Counted from the first letter of the whole stretch, positions 38,782 through 52,009 are shown. The stretch: DNA of 62,309 nucleotides, filler included, from Sphacelaria rigidula (GCA_964200075.2; 6 parts of 6 records of this genome joined end to end with filler, not necessarily neighbours in it); one strand, 5' to 3'. Translations and numbers: made by a program. The notes: generated by a model from the letters alone, not told the origin.

Positions 38782-39839
38782 CCCTTTTGGGACTGAAACT
38801 CAGTAACGAGGGATTCACCATGTATTCGTAAAGTAATAATAAACAAGCCTGAGAGCAACCTGCCCAATCAGAGCGAGGCGAAATTTATCGACCACATCCG
38901 AACGACCAGTAGGGGGGGCTGTCGCCGGGAGTGATGTCACTGCCAAGTTGGTGTGTGTACCCTGTCCCTGGCCCACAAAAAAAGCCTTCGAAGCAAACGA
39001 AAGCCCAAGTGGTCGGGGCTCGGTTTCCCGATTTTTCGTCATTTACTTGCATTATATACAGGTCCGACCTCCACTCCCCCGATTTTTTTGGGTCACCATC
39101 CTTTGGTAAAACCTAGTTGATAACACTAACACGTAGTGCTCGGGGGAGATTCGGGTATAAATGTACCCTACTATATATATGGTCATGTTCTCAAGGCGGC
39201 TGGATCTGGCAACGCTGTGAGACGAGATACGGAGCTAGAAGCATGAGTTCTGCGTATCCCTCCGTTGGAGCGGTACAAGCGGCGGTGAGGTCGTATGTAA
39301 TCGACGGTAACGAACAAGCTGTGTATAGGCAGCTGATCTCCGTCGCGGAGAACTGCCTAGAACATGTGAGGGAGTATGCAGCGGCAGCTGCTGCTGCATT
39401 CGAAAAGGCGTGCTGCTCTGTGTTGTATCTGCGGCGCAACGCCTATGCCGTTCGAAGTGAATTTTCCGCTTGCAACAATTAGGGAAATCGTGGCCCACCC
39501 CGACCACAACGGGCCGTGTGGCAAGGTGATGGGGACAATATCCAAGGCCACAAGTCGCGGGCGGCGGTTGCCACATCCTGTTGAAAGCTCTCCACGGCGA
39601 CTCATACTGCTTGATAGATCTGTACATTACCTGATGTGCACAACACCCGAATTATAGTACAGACAGTTTGTACCTGCACCTGAAAAAAGATTGAATGAAA
39701 CATTCGGTCTTCAGCTTACCCTGCGGTCACATACATGCGTGGATTTCCACCAAGATGAAGCCACTGCTTCATGCATATGCAGGACACGTCATTCCTAACC
39801 AGCCTCATTGGTCGTTCTGGAGGCCCAGTCCCAAAAGGG
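38782..39839 (+). mobile_element. Non-autonomous piggyBac-type element, copy B (inverted relative to A)
   Basis: Same TIRs. Flanks ataa/ttta are degenerate TTAA. Homologous to 32987-34038 along its length. Confidence 0.85.
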
Positions 39840-41508
39840 TTTATTATAATCGCAGTCTAGGCTGGACTGGCGATCTTTATTGCTAGGGCTGTGAACTGAG
39901 CCACTTAATATTGCAGTGTGAACTGAAAGTGGCGACGAGGAATCCAGTCACCCAGGTGATTCGAGTTTTGCGTTACCGGCTGCAGTTGATACCGATTTTT
40001 CGTATGGCGATAACAAGGATGCTCCTGCTACAATAGTATTTAGAATATTTCGAAGTCACGAGCGTAAAGCATTGTAACGAGGCGTCCACGAGATTTATTG
40101 CTGATTCTGGTGTGCAAGTTCCTCCGCATCCGCCCCGGGAGATGACTGTTAGGGCCAATGCCAATGCTAGGGGTCCGGTAAGCGGATTCGTACTTTACTC
40201 TGTGAGGGGTACACATGCGTTCACGACCATTCGAACGGACGCGCGATCGCGGTGGTCCTGCCATGTTTCCGACGAGCACGAACATTTCGAGAGAGGATCT
40301 ATTATCACGAGGGCTTGGGAAGGCAAGAATACCGAGACCCTCGAAAAAGACGGACGGGACCGGGGCGCAGCCCCGGGTCCCGTGCGGCTTGTATATTTAT
40401 ACGATTCAGTCGGGGTACGCCAGCAAATGAAGCGCGAGTGTGCCCCAGGCCAGTCATGGACTGCCCACTTGTGGTGATTTCTGTTTGTTGTTGTCCTATC
40501 TGCCTCGTTGTCACCTTGTGGCTCTGCAGTTTTCCGTCTTTCTGTAGCAGTGTGTAGGCCGCCGGTTGGGCAGTCGAATGAGGAAAAAAGAAGGAAAGAA
40601 AAAACGCAACTGTAAGCAGGGGGGAAGCTTCATGCGAAACTGCGAAACGACAAAATGGCCGGTTGCCCACTGCATCATGAAAAGCGTTGTGAACGTGATG
40701 CATCACGTGCTCACCACACCTCGTGGTGATAAAGAGCAGATACATGCCAAGGATCCCCATCTTATTGCACGACATCCGAAAACAGCAATAACGGATGGGC
40801 ACCCGCGACCAGATAAGGCAAAATACACCATGGCTTGCGATTCACCTGCACGCGTGTTTCTCGGTCTGGACGTGAAGAAGTTTGCGAAGTCTTGTCTTAT
40901 GGGCTGGAGCCTCTAGAAATATGATGGAGGACTCTATGCCTTGCAAGGAATAGCAGGGACGGTATTGAAAGGACGAGCCTACGTTTTTGACCACGGGTTC
41001 GAGAGATCGGACTAATGTGCGGAAGTAGTAATAATAATAATAAAATCCCCACGTGCTGCCAGCAATGGCTCACCTGTTCCCATCCTCCACTCCTGGAGTA
41101 CTCCTCGTGAAGAGTCTCTGCTGCTGCATACTGCAGATGGATGATGTTTGAATCGGTCACAACTTTGAAGTAGTTTCAATATCATCTCAGCCTCTCAGGT
41201 CCTCCACGTGAGCGCTCGCATTTTTTAGAAATATCCACGATTTTGTCAAGGAAACCGAGCCAAATACCGATTTTTTCCGCCTTCGGCGGCGCCCTCGCAG
41301 GGGTCCCTCACAGCCAGGGGGGGGAGGGGGGGCGTGGGGGCTCATGGCTTCGCCGATTAGTTGGCAAAACATTGACTGAATGACCAGAGGCGCCAGTTCA
41401 CAGCCCTAAAAGAATACAACACTCGAGTGAAGACAAAACAGCAACCCCCCTCCCCCCCCCCCCATCGGTCATATGACTACGGCATGCAAGATTAAGAGTA
41501 CACCCCCC

Positions 41509-41608
41509 NNNNNNNNNNNNNNNNNNNNNNNNNNNNNNNNNNNNNNNNNNNNTTAATTAATTAANNNNNNNNNNNNNNNNNNNNNNNNNNNNNNNNNNNN
41601 NNNNNNNN
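41509..41608. other. Artificial scaffold gap/linker
   Basis: N44-TTAATTAATTAA-N44. Confidence 0.98.
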
Positions 41609-41929
41609 GTACACGCGTTGCATTTCGGTCTCGCGGGTTGGGTCAGCACCCCTCGTGTACTGACGTACTCATGGTCTCGACGGTGGAAATGAGACATTTC
41701 GAGGGTCCCCCCTCTAACGTATCTGGCAGGAGTCGAACCCACGTTCCCTCCACCCTGATGGTCACCGTCGAAGCATTACATCACCGGGGCGCAAATCAAC
41801 CATGTTTGCCCCCCTATTCATATATCCGAAGTGCAAAATCACACCGCAAACAGCAGCAGACCAACAGACACTGAAAGCAGGATCATACCATTACAGGGCA
41901 GACCACGGCTTCTAGCTCATGGGGATCGC

Positions 41930-42960
41930 TGGGGAACCGGTGTCCATGCATAAATACAACATACATGTGCCACATGGACGCTGCGTTCTGAGGACTTCGA
42001 CAGTCTGCGCACTGCCCATCACAAGCTGCTTGCTGCGAGTGGTTGAATTCCGCAGGAACGATCGAAATGGCAACAAGATTTTTTCGTACAGAACGGTGCT
42101 CGAGATGACCAACCGCGAACGTATCGAGACGACTATCCGCAAACGTCAACTCTGCTTCGCGGGGGCCCTTGTCTAGCAGAAGGACACACGCCTTCCCAAG
42201 CGTGTCATGAACGGTCGGCTTTCCACACAAGGACCCAAGGAGGTCGGCCGCCCCCCAAGGAATGGGAGGATACCCCAAAGGAGAACCTACGTGTGCTAGG
42301 GGCTATCTCGCACAAAGGAGCCCGACGAAAGTGGTTCGTCTACGGTGTAGAGGTTAACGATGCATACGATCGGGCCACTGCGGCGAAGGACCTGGGCAAA
42401 TGGCATGTTGGAGTCGAAAACGGAGCGGAAGAGTTTAAGGACACGTGGCGACGCCCTGACCAGCGAGAATCAGACCGCCGTCACAAGCGAGAGGCTGCTG
42501 CGTCGAGGCCTGCCAATCGGAAAATCCTGTCCGCTCATATCGATTGTTGATTGACTCTGTCCTTAGTTGGTGGCTCTGCGGTACCCACTGGTTTGTGTCT
42601 GTATCTACTCTGCTGCCCTGAATCCCTTGGGCCTTGTCCCTCTTTTTTTTTTTCTCCATCGTTTCATTGTAATTTATTTTATTTGCTTTGTACTTTCCTC
42701 TTCTTTTCCTATTTTTCTTGTTTTACGTCGGTCATTTCTTCCTGTGCTTTGCTTGTGTTGAATTTTTCATCATTAATTTTTTCGTCACGACTTAGTCTGC
42801 CATGCCGTTCTGTTCGACCCCTCATCTTTTTTCTTCTGTTCCTTCCTTTTTCGCAGAGCGTGTTTCAGTTTCGTTTTTGTTGCGTACGTTTATCATGAGA
42901 CCACGGGTGGACCCCTGGGGGGTCGGTTCAAGTGCGACAATTAATCAAAATCAATCAATC
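41930..42960 (+). mobile_element. 5'-truncated non-LTR retrotransposon (RTE-like) 3' end
   Basis: Degenerate post-RT peptide IETTIRKRQLCFAGALV*QKDTRLPKRVMNGRL...GRPP, a T-rich 3' UTR and an (AATC)n-like tail at about 42940-42960. Confidence 0.75.
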
Positions 42961-43305
42961 ACATGTTCGTTTGTTTTCGTTTTTTTACCGGAAACTGCGA
43001 TACATATCGAACACGATACCATCACGAATGCACTAGAGTTCACCATTAGGTAGGTATAAAAAATTCTGACTTGGTTCTGGAATGGACACCGAAATTCGGA
43101 TCTTTAATGGGGCTGTGTTCCGGGCGTGCGCAGAGGGAGTTTTCGTCCAAATCGACGCCGCAGGCGCTGGTTCGAGGTCTGGTAACGCCCAGTTTGCTGA
43201 GGGAACCCCTTGCCCGAGGGTTCTCGGTGTGCCTTCGTTGGGGTGAGGATTGGGGTGATGGTTACGGTTAGACTTATTCAAAATCAGTAATGTCCGAGAA
43301 AATTC

Positions 43306-43649
43306 CACACTTACACATGCGGCCATTGGGATACCCCCCCCAGAATGCCTCCAGAGGGATTCAAGGTCTCCACAGGCAAAACAAGCCTCTGGAGGCCTTG
43401 AATCACTCCAGAGGAAACCAAAAACTACCCCTCTGGAGGACCGCGCACCCCTCCGGAGCGATGCGCGGCCCTTCAGAGGCGAAACAAGCCTCCGGAGGCG
43501 TTCAATCCCTCTGGAGAAAACTCACAATTTGTCTTCTGGAGGGCCGCGCACCTCTCCGGGGGCGTTTAATTCCTCCGGTGGCTAAAAAACTTGACCGCTA
43601 TGGAGGAATTTTGGGGGTAGTCAAATGGCCGCGTGTGCACCAAGTAGTG
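43306..43649. mobile_element. CACTA/EnSpm-like non-autonomous element
   Basis: Right end TAGTG (CACTA on the - strand), left end cacactt. Inverted gcggccatt...tacccc ends. About ten CTCYRGAG-like internal motifs. Confidence 0.6.
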
Positions 43650-44663
43650 AACTAACCTCGACAAACGATAAATAAAGCATCTCACTCACAAAATATAGCA
43701 ATACAACGCCAGCAGAGAAGACGTTTGGACTAACAAATGAGATTAGTAAAGTCGTGGGAGGGTTACTACGGGGACGGGGTGTTGACGTCCTCGATACACT
43801 GCGGTAACTACCCGTGGGTACAGCCGGAAAAGCTTACTCGCGGTACGTGGTATTTACCGATAGATCACTGACTGATACAGTGGTAATTGGCATCCCTGAT
43901 AATTCTAGGCGGTTGCTCTTGGTGTACTAAACAAATGAATATCCTGGACCCTTCCTGATCGAAGGGTTAAAAACTCCTCGTGAAGGGTAAAACCCCCCAA
44001 TGACTCGGGAGGACTTGACATTTTTGGGATAGTTTATTCGGTATACTGTCGCGATGAAAAATAAAGGCAAGCACCGCAGAAGGAAGGTGGGGGTACTAAA
44101 AACGAAAAAAGAAGAAAAAGCTCCTGTATTGACCTTCCTCCTGTGAGACCCGGGCTAGTGCGCCCACAGAATATACCGAAAGGCGTAGACCAGCGCCCAG
44201 AATAAACGAGACGACATTACTGTAATAAATTTTGTAAAAGCATCGCGAGAGCATCTGTGTGCACTCAGGCTGAGTCACAAAAAGTTGGCGGATTCGAAAT
44301 GTTCAGGTCTTCGCGTCTTCACGACACGCGCCCTTTCCGCAATGGATGCACCAGGCAAGAAATGTACTGGGTAAAGTATGGGCTTATCGCAACTATGAAC
44401 ACGTTTGTTTATTTATTTTTTCCTCATAACTTATTATAGGTAGCTAGCCTGTGATCACGGGAGGGGTCGTCCGCATCAGATGCCTAGTACGAATTTACCA
44501 CGCAGATATCGGAGCGGTTTTTAATGTGAAGACAACAACAACAACAACAACAATATTGTCGGCCGACAATAGTTGCGACAGGCCTATACTACACCCATAT
44601 ATTTTTTTGTCTAACGCGCCTGTTGATCATATGTTGTCCAGGGTGTGAAATGTTTATATTTTT

Positions 44664-45087
44664 CAGGGAGGGATACGCGACACACCTGACACATTTGAAA
44701 AAACCGGAAAAAAACGTAACTTTGGGCCATTCAACGCTACATAAGGTTTGATTTTTTGGACGGGACAGATGCAACGTAGCGTGATGTAACATGTGGACCT
44801 TGAAGCCATGTCTCTTGGTGATATCAAGATTTTAAAAAAGGCTGTTTTTGTGAATTTTTAACGTGACACGTGACACGTTACATATTCACGATAACAAGTA
44901 GAGTTTTCGTCACATTTGAAACGTAAAACGCAATGTTAGGGTTTATGCCAAGGACCACACGTTACATCACGTTGCGTTACATATGTCCCATCCAAAAAAA
45001 CACATCTTACGTACCGTTAAATGACCCAAAGTTACGTGCTTTTGAATGTGTCACGTTAAAAAGTCACGTGTCACGTATCCCTCCCTG
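44664..45087. mobile_element. hAT-type MITE
   Basis: TIR cagggagggatacg(c/t)gacac. Flanks atattttt / atattctc match at 6 of 8 positions as a TSD. Confidence 0.8.
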
Positions 45088-45427
45088 ATATTCTCACGTC
45101 AACAGTTGTTTATCGCGCGCGCCATGCCAAAACGCACCTGTGCTCGAATCGATACTTGGGCATCATAATGAATTGAAAAAAAACTACGCACACCTCGGCC
45201 AAGGGAGTCATCATTTATGCACGCCTCCTCCGCTTGAGTGTGCACGATCTGCCTTCGTTGGGGTTAGGGTTAGGGTTGGGGTTCAAGGTCAGCGTTAGGA
45301 TGTAGTGAAAATGACCTAAATACAGATCCAAAACACGCCGGAGGTGGTGGACACCCATGTCCGATATTCCCAGCAGTCAAGGCATGGGATTAGTTAAAAT
45401 AATGTGAAAAGTCATCGTGATAACAGC

Positions 45428-46118
45428 GGACGCGCTGGTCTACACCTTTCGGTATATGTGGGCACGCCAGCCGGGGTCACACAGGAGGAAGGTTAACACG
45501 AGAGTTTTTTCTTTTTTACTTGTTTTGGTACTCCACATTTCTTCTGCGGTGCTTGCCTTTATTTCTTGTCACAAGACGGGTTCGGCAGTCCCTTCCCCTC
45601 GTCGATCGTCAAGTCGAATATTCTGTACCCACCATACCGGTCGCCCCGGTTGCTCCGTTGGTAACCTCGAAACCTTCTGAGCGTTGGGTCGTGGGTTCAA
45701 TTCTTGGAGCGATCTGGGATTTTTTCTCATACTATGCCCAACATTCAGTGGAGAGCGATCATGTCGTGGGTACACAAAATTCGACTAAACGGTCGACGAG
45801 GGAAAGGGACTGCTGAACCCCTCTCGCGATAAAAATAAAAGCAAGCACAGCAGAAGGAAGGTGTGTTATTACTAAAAACAAATGAAAAAAAAAAAGCTCC
45901 TGTGTTGATCTTCCTCCTGTGTGACCCCGGCTGGTGCGCCCACATGTACCCAAAGGCGTAGACCGGCGTCCAGAATAGATGGGACGACAACTCACACACG
46001 ACATAGTGGCTTTCGATCGTTGGGCATGAGAAAAAATCCCAGATCGCTCCGATATTCGAACCCACGGCCCAACCGTGAGAAGGTGTGGAGGTTACCAACT
46101 GAGCCACCGGGGCGACCA
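45428..46118 (-). mobile_element. tRNA-derived SINE family 1, host copy split in two
   Basis: Body 45428-45636 and head 46003-46118 rejoin to match the copy at 48310-48770. Confidence 0.75.
45637..46002 (+). mobile_element. tRNA-derived SINE family 1, full-length copy nested in another copy
   Basis: Head ccggtcgccccggttgctccgttggtaac...ggttcaattc. The body is the reverse complement of the flanking copy. Confidence 0.8.
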
Positions 46119-48309
46119 GATTAGATTATTATAATGCGTCTAGTGCAACAGACGATAAATTTCATACTGCACGCAGTACATTTTTGGACGATGTAATCTA
46201 TTTTCTAGGATGCAGAATTTGTACATTTCGTTGCCCGCCCAGAGCAGTACCTCAAGATATGTACGGCTGACGCAGCACAGAGCACACAGCGACATCTGCA
46301 TGAGTGCGCAATAAGTATCAACACTGAAAATGGACCCCACGACGCGCCAGCGGGGGAATCGCCCAACAAGCTCTGTTTGGCGTATCCTCTCAAGACGATG
46401 AAAAGCGTGAGTGTGTAGTTTTACGATGATACCCCCCAACCCAACCCCCTCCCTCTTCAACCCTGCCCTGATCAACGACTTTTTTTCCCGCCGTTGTTGT
46501 TGAACCTCATTGTCGTGCCCCATCGGCCGTAAGAGGCCGCGAGGTGCGGGAAACTCTATTCAAGACTTCCCGCAATAAAAGGGTATTTGACGTATCGACC
46601 ATCGACCTGGCGCGCAGCCGGTGCGGTGTTTTTTTGTGAAACGAAAGGCGGGAACAAATTCGTGGTCTCCATCCCTGCGAACTGTTTGCTGCGTAACTGC
46701 ACCTGCCTGCTGTGCTGCAAATTGAAGTTTAGAAGCTGCCTTCATGTAAGAGGGTAGTGGTAAGCGCAAGGGTACAGTCTACGGTAGTCTACGGTACCGG
46801 CCCGCAATGCGACCTGCACCGCAGGATCCGTCTACCCACCACTCTTTACGATGTAGCTTGCCATGGTGTAATTGTATGTGGTGCAAAAAACAAACAGCAC
46901 CCATCTACACCTGTGTGTGTATGTCGCATACTTTACTTGCTTGGCGCCATTTTCCCCCTCCTTGCTGGAAACGAAAGATACGCCGAAAATAGGCAACATC
47001 TCCGAGCGAGCAACAACGAACAACGGCTCAAACGCGCGTGTGCTACTGTAGTATATTAACTGTGGTATGATACTGCACTGTAACAGTCTGGTATCGTGCA
47101 ATAGGCGCTCTGCTGTCACGTTGGAGCATATTTTTACTAGATGGGTACGTGCCGCAGATCGCTACCCCCTAGATGCTCATCACTTACATTTGGAGTATAC
47201 GAACCTGTGCATCCTGTGGCGATAACTGTACGACAGACAGTCAGTGCGTACAGGACTGCTGTCAAGGACAGAGCAATACAGCTGGCCATACCTGGTCGGG
47301 TACTGCTTTCCTGGGGTGGTCCCCACCGAAAATGACAGCGAGCGCACGTGCAAGGGTGACCTTCGCTCCATCCCAAAGGTCCCTTTCCTGTTCCCCGTCC
47401 TCCTGCCACCACTGTTTCCCTTTCCATTGCTGCTAGCACCTTCATCATCGGATACCCAACAGCTATCGCTAAGGCGTGTCGAGATATGATTCATGGCTTC
47501 TGCGGAATCGGCCTCGCCGTCATCAGTATATCGACGGCCAGAGGGTCTAGGCGATGCGTGTGCTGCCCCCTCCGTACTCATCTTCTCCCTACCTCTCTCT
47601 TACACACACTCTTTCTCTCTCCCTTTCCTGTCCTCTGTATTCTTTTGCGTATCCCTCTTCCCGATTTTCTTCTCTGTCTCTTCCTCAGGTGTGTTGGGTT
47701 GTACCTGTGACCTGTGTTCTGCAACACCCACACACGACTACACGACACAGGGAACGGAAAAATTGACCAACGGCGATTGGAATACGACCTCATTCTTCAG
47801 TTCGATACATGCTATAAATAATAACGTGTAGTCGGTAGCAGTTGATGTCGGCCCGACTCCAACTGAGGAGAGCTTTCGTGGGGTGACGCACCGGACGTGT
47901 ACTCGTACGTGTGGGTGTCATGTTGCGCTGTTTCACTTTAGGTACAGCTCTTTCTCTTCTACCCGGGTATTCTCTGGCTTCCGCTTCTCGCACAGGTTTG
48001 CAGTCTCCGTGTCAAGTGTTTCGTTTTCGATCTATATCTATACTAGTCGCAGTTTATCGTCAGCGGTGCCGCGTTGATGTACGTGCATCTCTAGAACAAG
48101 GTGTTGATTCCAATAACCAGGTTGCTGAACCCTTCAACCGCTGAGTGCTCAAGCGGTCTTGCACTCATTGGTGTCGGACATATCTTGTACATAAATTCAT
48201 GTATACCTCGATACTGTGGACTTACGCGCTCGCCAACATGGGGTCCAAACGTTGTGCTTTGCATGCACACTGCAGATGATTTAACACGAACCTTTGGTGG
48301 GATCCGTTG

Positions 48310-48770
48310 TCTGTTGTGTGTTGACGTCCCATCTGTTCTGGGCGACGGTCTACACTTTTCGGTATATGTGGGCGCATCAACCGGGGTCACACAAGAGGAT
48401 GCTCAATACAAAAGCTTTTTCTTTCATGTTTGTTTTTAGTACCCCACCTTCCTTCTGCGGTGCTTGCCTCATGTTTTTTATCGCGAGAGGGGTTCAGCAG
48501 TCGCTCTCCCTCGTCGACCGTTAACCCTTAGACCGCGAGATAGTCTTTCTGGATCATGTATACTTGTTTTCACTTGAAATTGATGCCGATTCAACAGAAG
48601 ACTACCCTCGCGGTGTAAAGGTTAAGTCGCATTTTGTGTACCCACGACATGGTCGCTCTCCACTGTCGGGCATTGTGTCAGAAAAACTCCCAGATCGCTC
48701 CGAGAATTGAACCCACGACCCAACCGTTAGAAGGTTTCGAGGTTACCAACTGAGCCACCAAGGCGACCGA
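48310..48770 (-). mobile_element. tRNA-derived SINE family 1, carrying a MITE insertion
   Basis: Full body and tRNA-like head. Headless copies lie at about 36370-36630 (-) and 44060-44215 (+). Confidence 0.8.
48525..48621. mobile_element. About 100-bp piggyBac-type MITE inserted in a SINE
   Basis: TTAA flanks. TIR cccttagaccgcgag / ctcgcggtgtaaagg. Relatives at about 290-497 (two in tandem), 2237-2310, 3630-3735, 9200-9300 and 9618-9720. Confidence 0.8.
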
Positions 48771-51700
48771 TACATGATCTATTGTCAGATCTAATGACCA
48801 GTGGCGTATGATGTCCTGTAGGGTTCAGCAGGAGGGCCGTCAGGATAGAAGCTACGGCATGGTAGTAGAAGAGAGGACACGGCAGTGCTTACTGTAGACT
48901 GTAAATCCCAAGAGACAGTAGGGGCTACCGCTCTTTCACCCTTTCTCTAGTCGAGGATGACGAAATATGCTGCCGCTAATAGTATGAACAGGGGACGACA
49001 ACAGAGAGAAATAGAGAAAATCCCGTAGAGTAACGAACCACCCGTGCTTTTAGACCGACTTGTATGGCGGTCGCAAAAATGGATCTGTACGCAGATCAGG
49101 GGACCTCAGATCCGGAAACACATTGTATGGACCCCAATTTGGCCCAAGTCGGGGAAGCTCAGATTCGTTCGTCACGATTTGAGAACGGTTTTACACGAAT
49201 CTGAGCGCAGATCCGTGGAAAGTCGAGGTCCCCCGTACCTGTAGCAACTGACGTACGTATGTTAACGTGCAATTATGGGGCAACAGGCGTTTAATATTTT
49301 TGCAACAGCAGCAGTAGACAGTCTCGTGACAGCGCAGACGGTGCCCGCGAGCGCCGGCTACTGGAGCAGCTCCGCACGGGGTTTGATAAGCGGGTAAGAA
49401 GTGTTGACTCGGTACCCTGCGGTGATGGCAAAATTTCATGCTGCACTGTGCTGCTGTATGTAGCATCATAACGACGGTACTGAACTATCCTACCCTCTGC
49501 TGTCGCGGTTGTTGCAGGGTGATGAATTACACTGCACTCGTGAACTCTTGCCGCACACTGTGCACTATTCTCGCAATGCCGACTGTACCATCATGTATTA
49601 CCACACAGCATTATCGTTTACTGTGATTGTGCAGTATACTTCACAACATTATACCCTAGGGTATCACATTACGACGCTGCTCTTGAAGGATGATTCCCTC
49701 CCTGCCTATTCTCCCGCTTCGCTGTAATACCACCCGCCCAGAAAATGACCGTTCGTGTACAGAGCAATTAAAAAAGAATGTGTGCAGTGATACAGGGGTA
49801 CACGCGAATCTGAGTTTCACGAATCTGGGTCCCCCCGATTTGGCACAGATTCGGGTCCCGCCAGATTCAGGGTTGGCTGCCATACAAGTTGGTCTTGGAC
49901 CATCCTTTATGGCAGTCACCAATCTCGATCTTTTTCGAGCATTGAGAGAAAAAAATCGGGGCACGCATTTGGTGGGCCCCGTTTTGGACCGTTTAATCGT
50001 GTAGACTGTATTCGTCATCGACCCCGCCCTCTGCTGGAGTAAAGAGCCGCCACGCAACAGACGGGCGAAGACGAGGTAGCAACACGCTGACTGGCCGCGA
50101 GCGATAGCAGCGGCAGCAGTGATGGCAACCAAGCCACCATCGGTGCTGGTATGGGGTGAAAAGGGGTGTGGCGTTGATGAGCAGCGGGATTCCAAACGCT
50201 TTTTCCATAATATTTTTCGACAGCCCAAAGCTATCAGAAAATCCTCATTTTCAGGATTTTCCGATAGCTTTGAGCTTTCGCGAAATGTTATTAGATTTTT
50301 TTCTGTGAAGAAGCGCGTTTTTTATCACATAAGAAGTGAGTTTTTGTCGCGTTTTTTTATAAACGTTTTTTCACAAAAAAGTAGCTTAAGACCACACACC
50401 CACTTCCAGTGTTGCGCCAAAGGAAGAAAAAAGTAACATGTACGCGTATTTCGCGTACAAGAGTCATCGTATAAAATATCAGCTGAGAGCATCCCCAAAG
50501 TAGGTATAATCCACATGAGCGAGGAGCTCCTATGGAAGGACCTACGGCCAAACACGCGGCATATCTGAAAACTTATGTTTAAGGCTGGATCGTCGGCGCA
50601 AGTTGCAGCTTGAGAACGTGATGATGTCCCTCGTTCAGTGGTGTGCATGGTGTTGCTCGGTACGGGTGCCTTGCGGGCCCCATGGTACGCCGATAGTTGG
50701 CGGCCACAGTTCGCGTTCCCGCCCGTCACCATGCCTAGGGTGTAGTACATGGAGTGTGAAACCCGCCTTGAAAAAAAGCATCTCAATTGCTTTCAGCGCA
50801 AGTGAGAACGGCATGGTCGTTTGCATGCATGCCTGGCGGCGCAGCTGGTGGCTTTGAAATTTGAAAACTCGCATCCGTCTCGACCATAATAAAATACAGT
50901 ATAATTGCTGATGCAGTGTACTTACTGTCTGTACTGTCTGTACTGCATTTGACAGTACTGTAATACTGCGTTACAGTACTGTACCCGTACCGTAATACTG
51001 CCTAACCGCATCTGATATGGGGCGTAACCAGGGCGGGTGTTTATTTGGATACTTCCCTACGGTAAACTCCCAATTTTCAGAGCAACTTTCGTTGTAGATT
51101 TATCTCCCGCGACTTCGCGTTCCCTCATGAAATTTTGCGCACCAGTCGGACACAACACAGGCAACATATGCGCCTAGCGCCCGCACGATTTGGCCCCGCA
51201 CAAATTACTAACGTGGCCACAAGCAACTTCGGGGAATCCCGTCGATGCGCCCTCAAAGGGGTTATCCCGCAGTCCAGACTTCGTGCACTAGAGATGAATG
51301 CACATGTGCACGCGCAGATCCACTAACTTCGACATCTTGGAGCGGCTGGGTGGCCCATGTGGTGGCGAACTGACACCGGTCTGGACTGCGACACTTTCTG
51401 GATCATAATCATTGGCAGTGTACCGATCGGCGTACAGTCTGTAGAGGTGCGCAGTTCATGACGCACGGCCCTGCGCACGCTGTAGCTGCTGCAAGGCACT
51501 GAAACTTGGGTCATATGTTGTGCGAACCACAGCCAGCAATTTACCGTCGCCGCTATATCTGGTGCTGTGCACTGCAGCGGGGCGGACTCGAGGGAGAAGT
51601 GGTCAGAGTCTGTTTTCTTCTCTTTTTGGCGCAACACTGTTCTATAAGATAACTTTTCCGAACTGTTTCCTCTTGTCATTGGTAAGGCCGCTCCTTATTA

Positions 51701-51909
51701 TTATCATCATTTTTATTATTATATGCATCACATTAGCTCGATCTCTCGAACCCGTGGTCATAACAGACAAAAATAAAAATCTGGAAAATTGCCTTTTTGG
51801 AGCTTCCACGTCGTTATATATATCAAGTTCGCCCATACTATTTTCTGTATATATATCAAGTCAGCACTCATTCCTATACACACCAAGTACACTAACCCTA
51901 ACCTGACGT

Positions 51910-52009
51910 NNNNNNNNNNNNNNNNNNNNNNNNNNNNNNNNNNNNNNNNNNNNTTAATTAATTAANNNNNNNNNNNNNNNNNNNNNNNNNNNNNNNNNNN
52001 NNNNNNNNN
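51910..52009. other. Artificial scaffold gap/linker
   Basis: N44-TTAATTAATTAA-N44. Confidence 0.98.

Noticed and set aside
41074..41130. Isolated minus-strand exon-like YAAAETLHEEYSRSGGWEQ with good splice sites
   Set aside because: No convincing partner exons or family resemblance.
43320..43600. CRISPR-like repeat/spacer appearance
   Set aside because: Repeats are only about 8 bp, spacers are self-similar and irregular, there are no cas genes and the context is eukaryotic.
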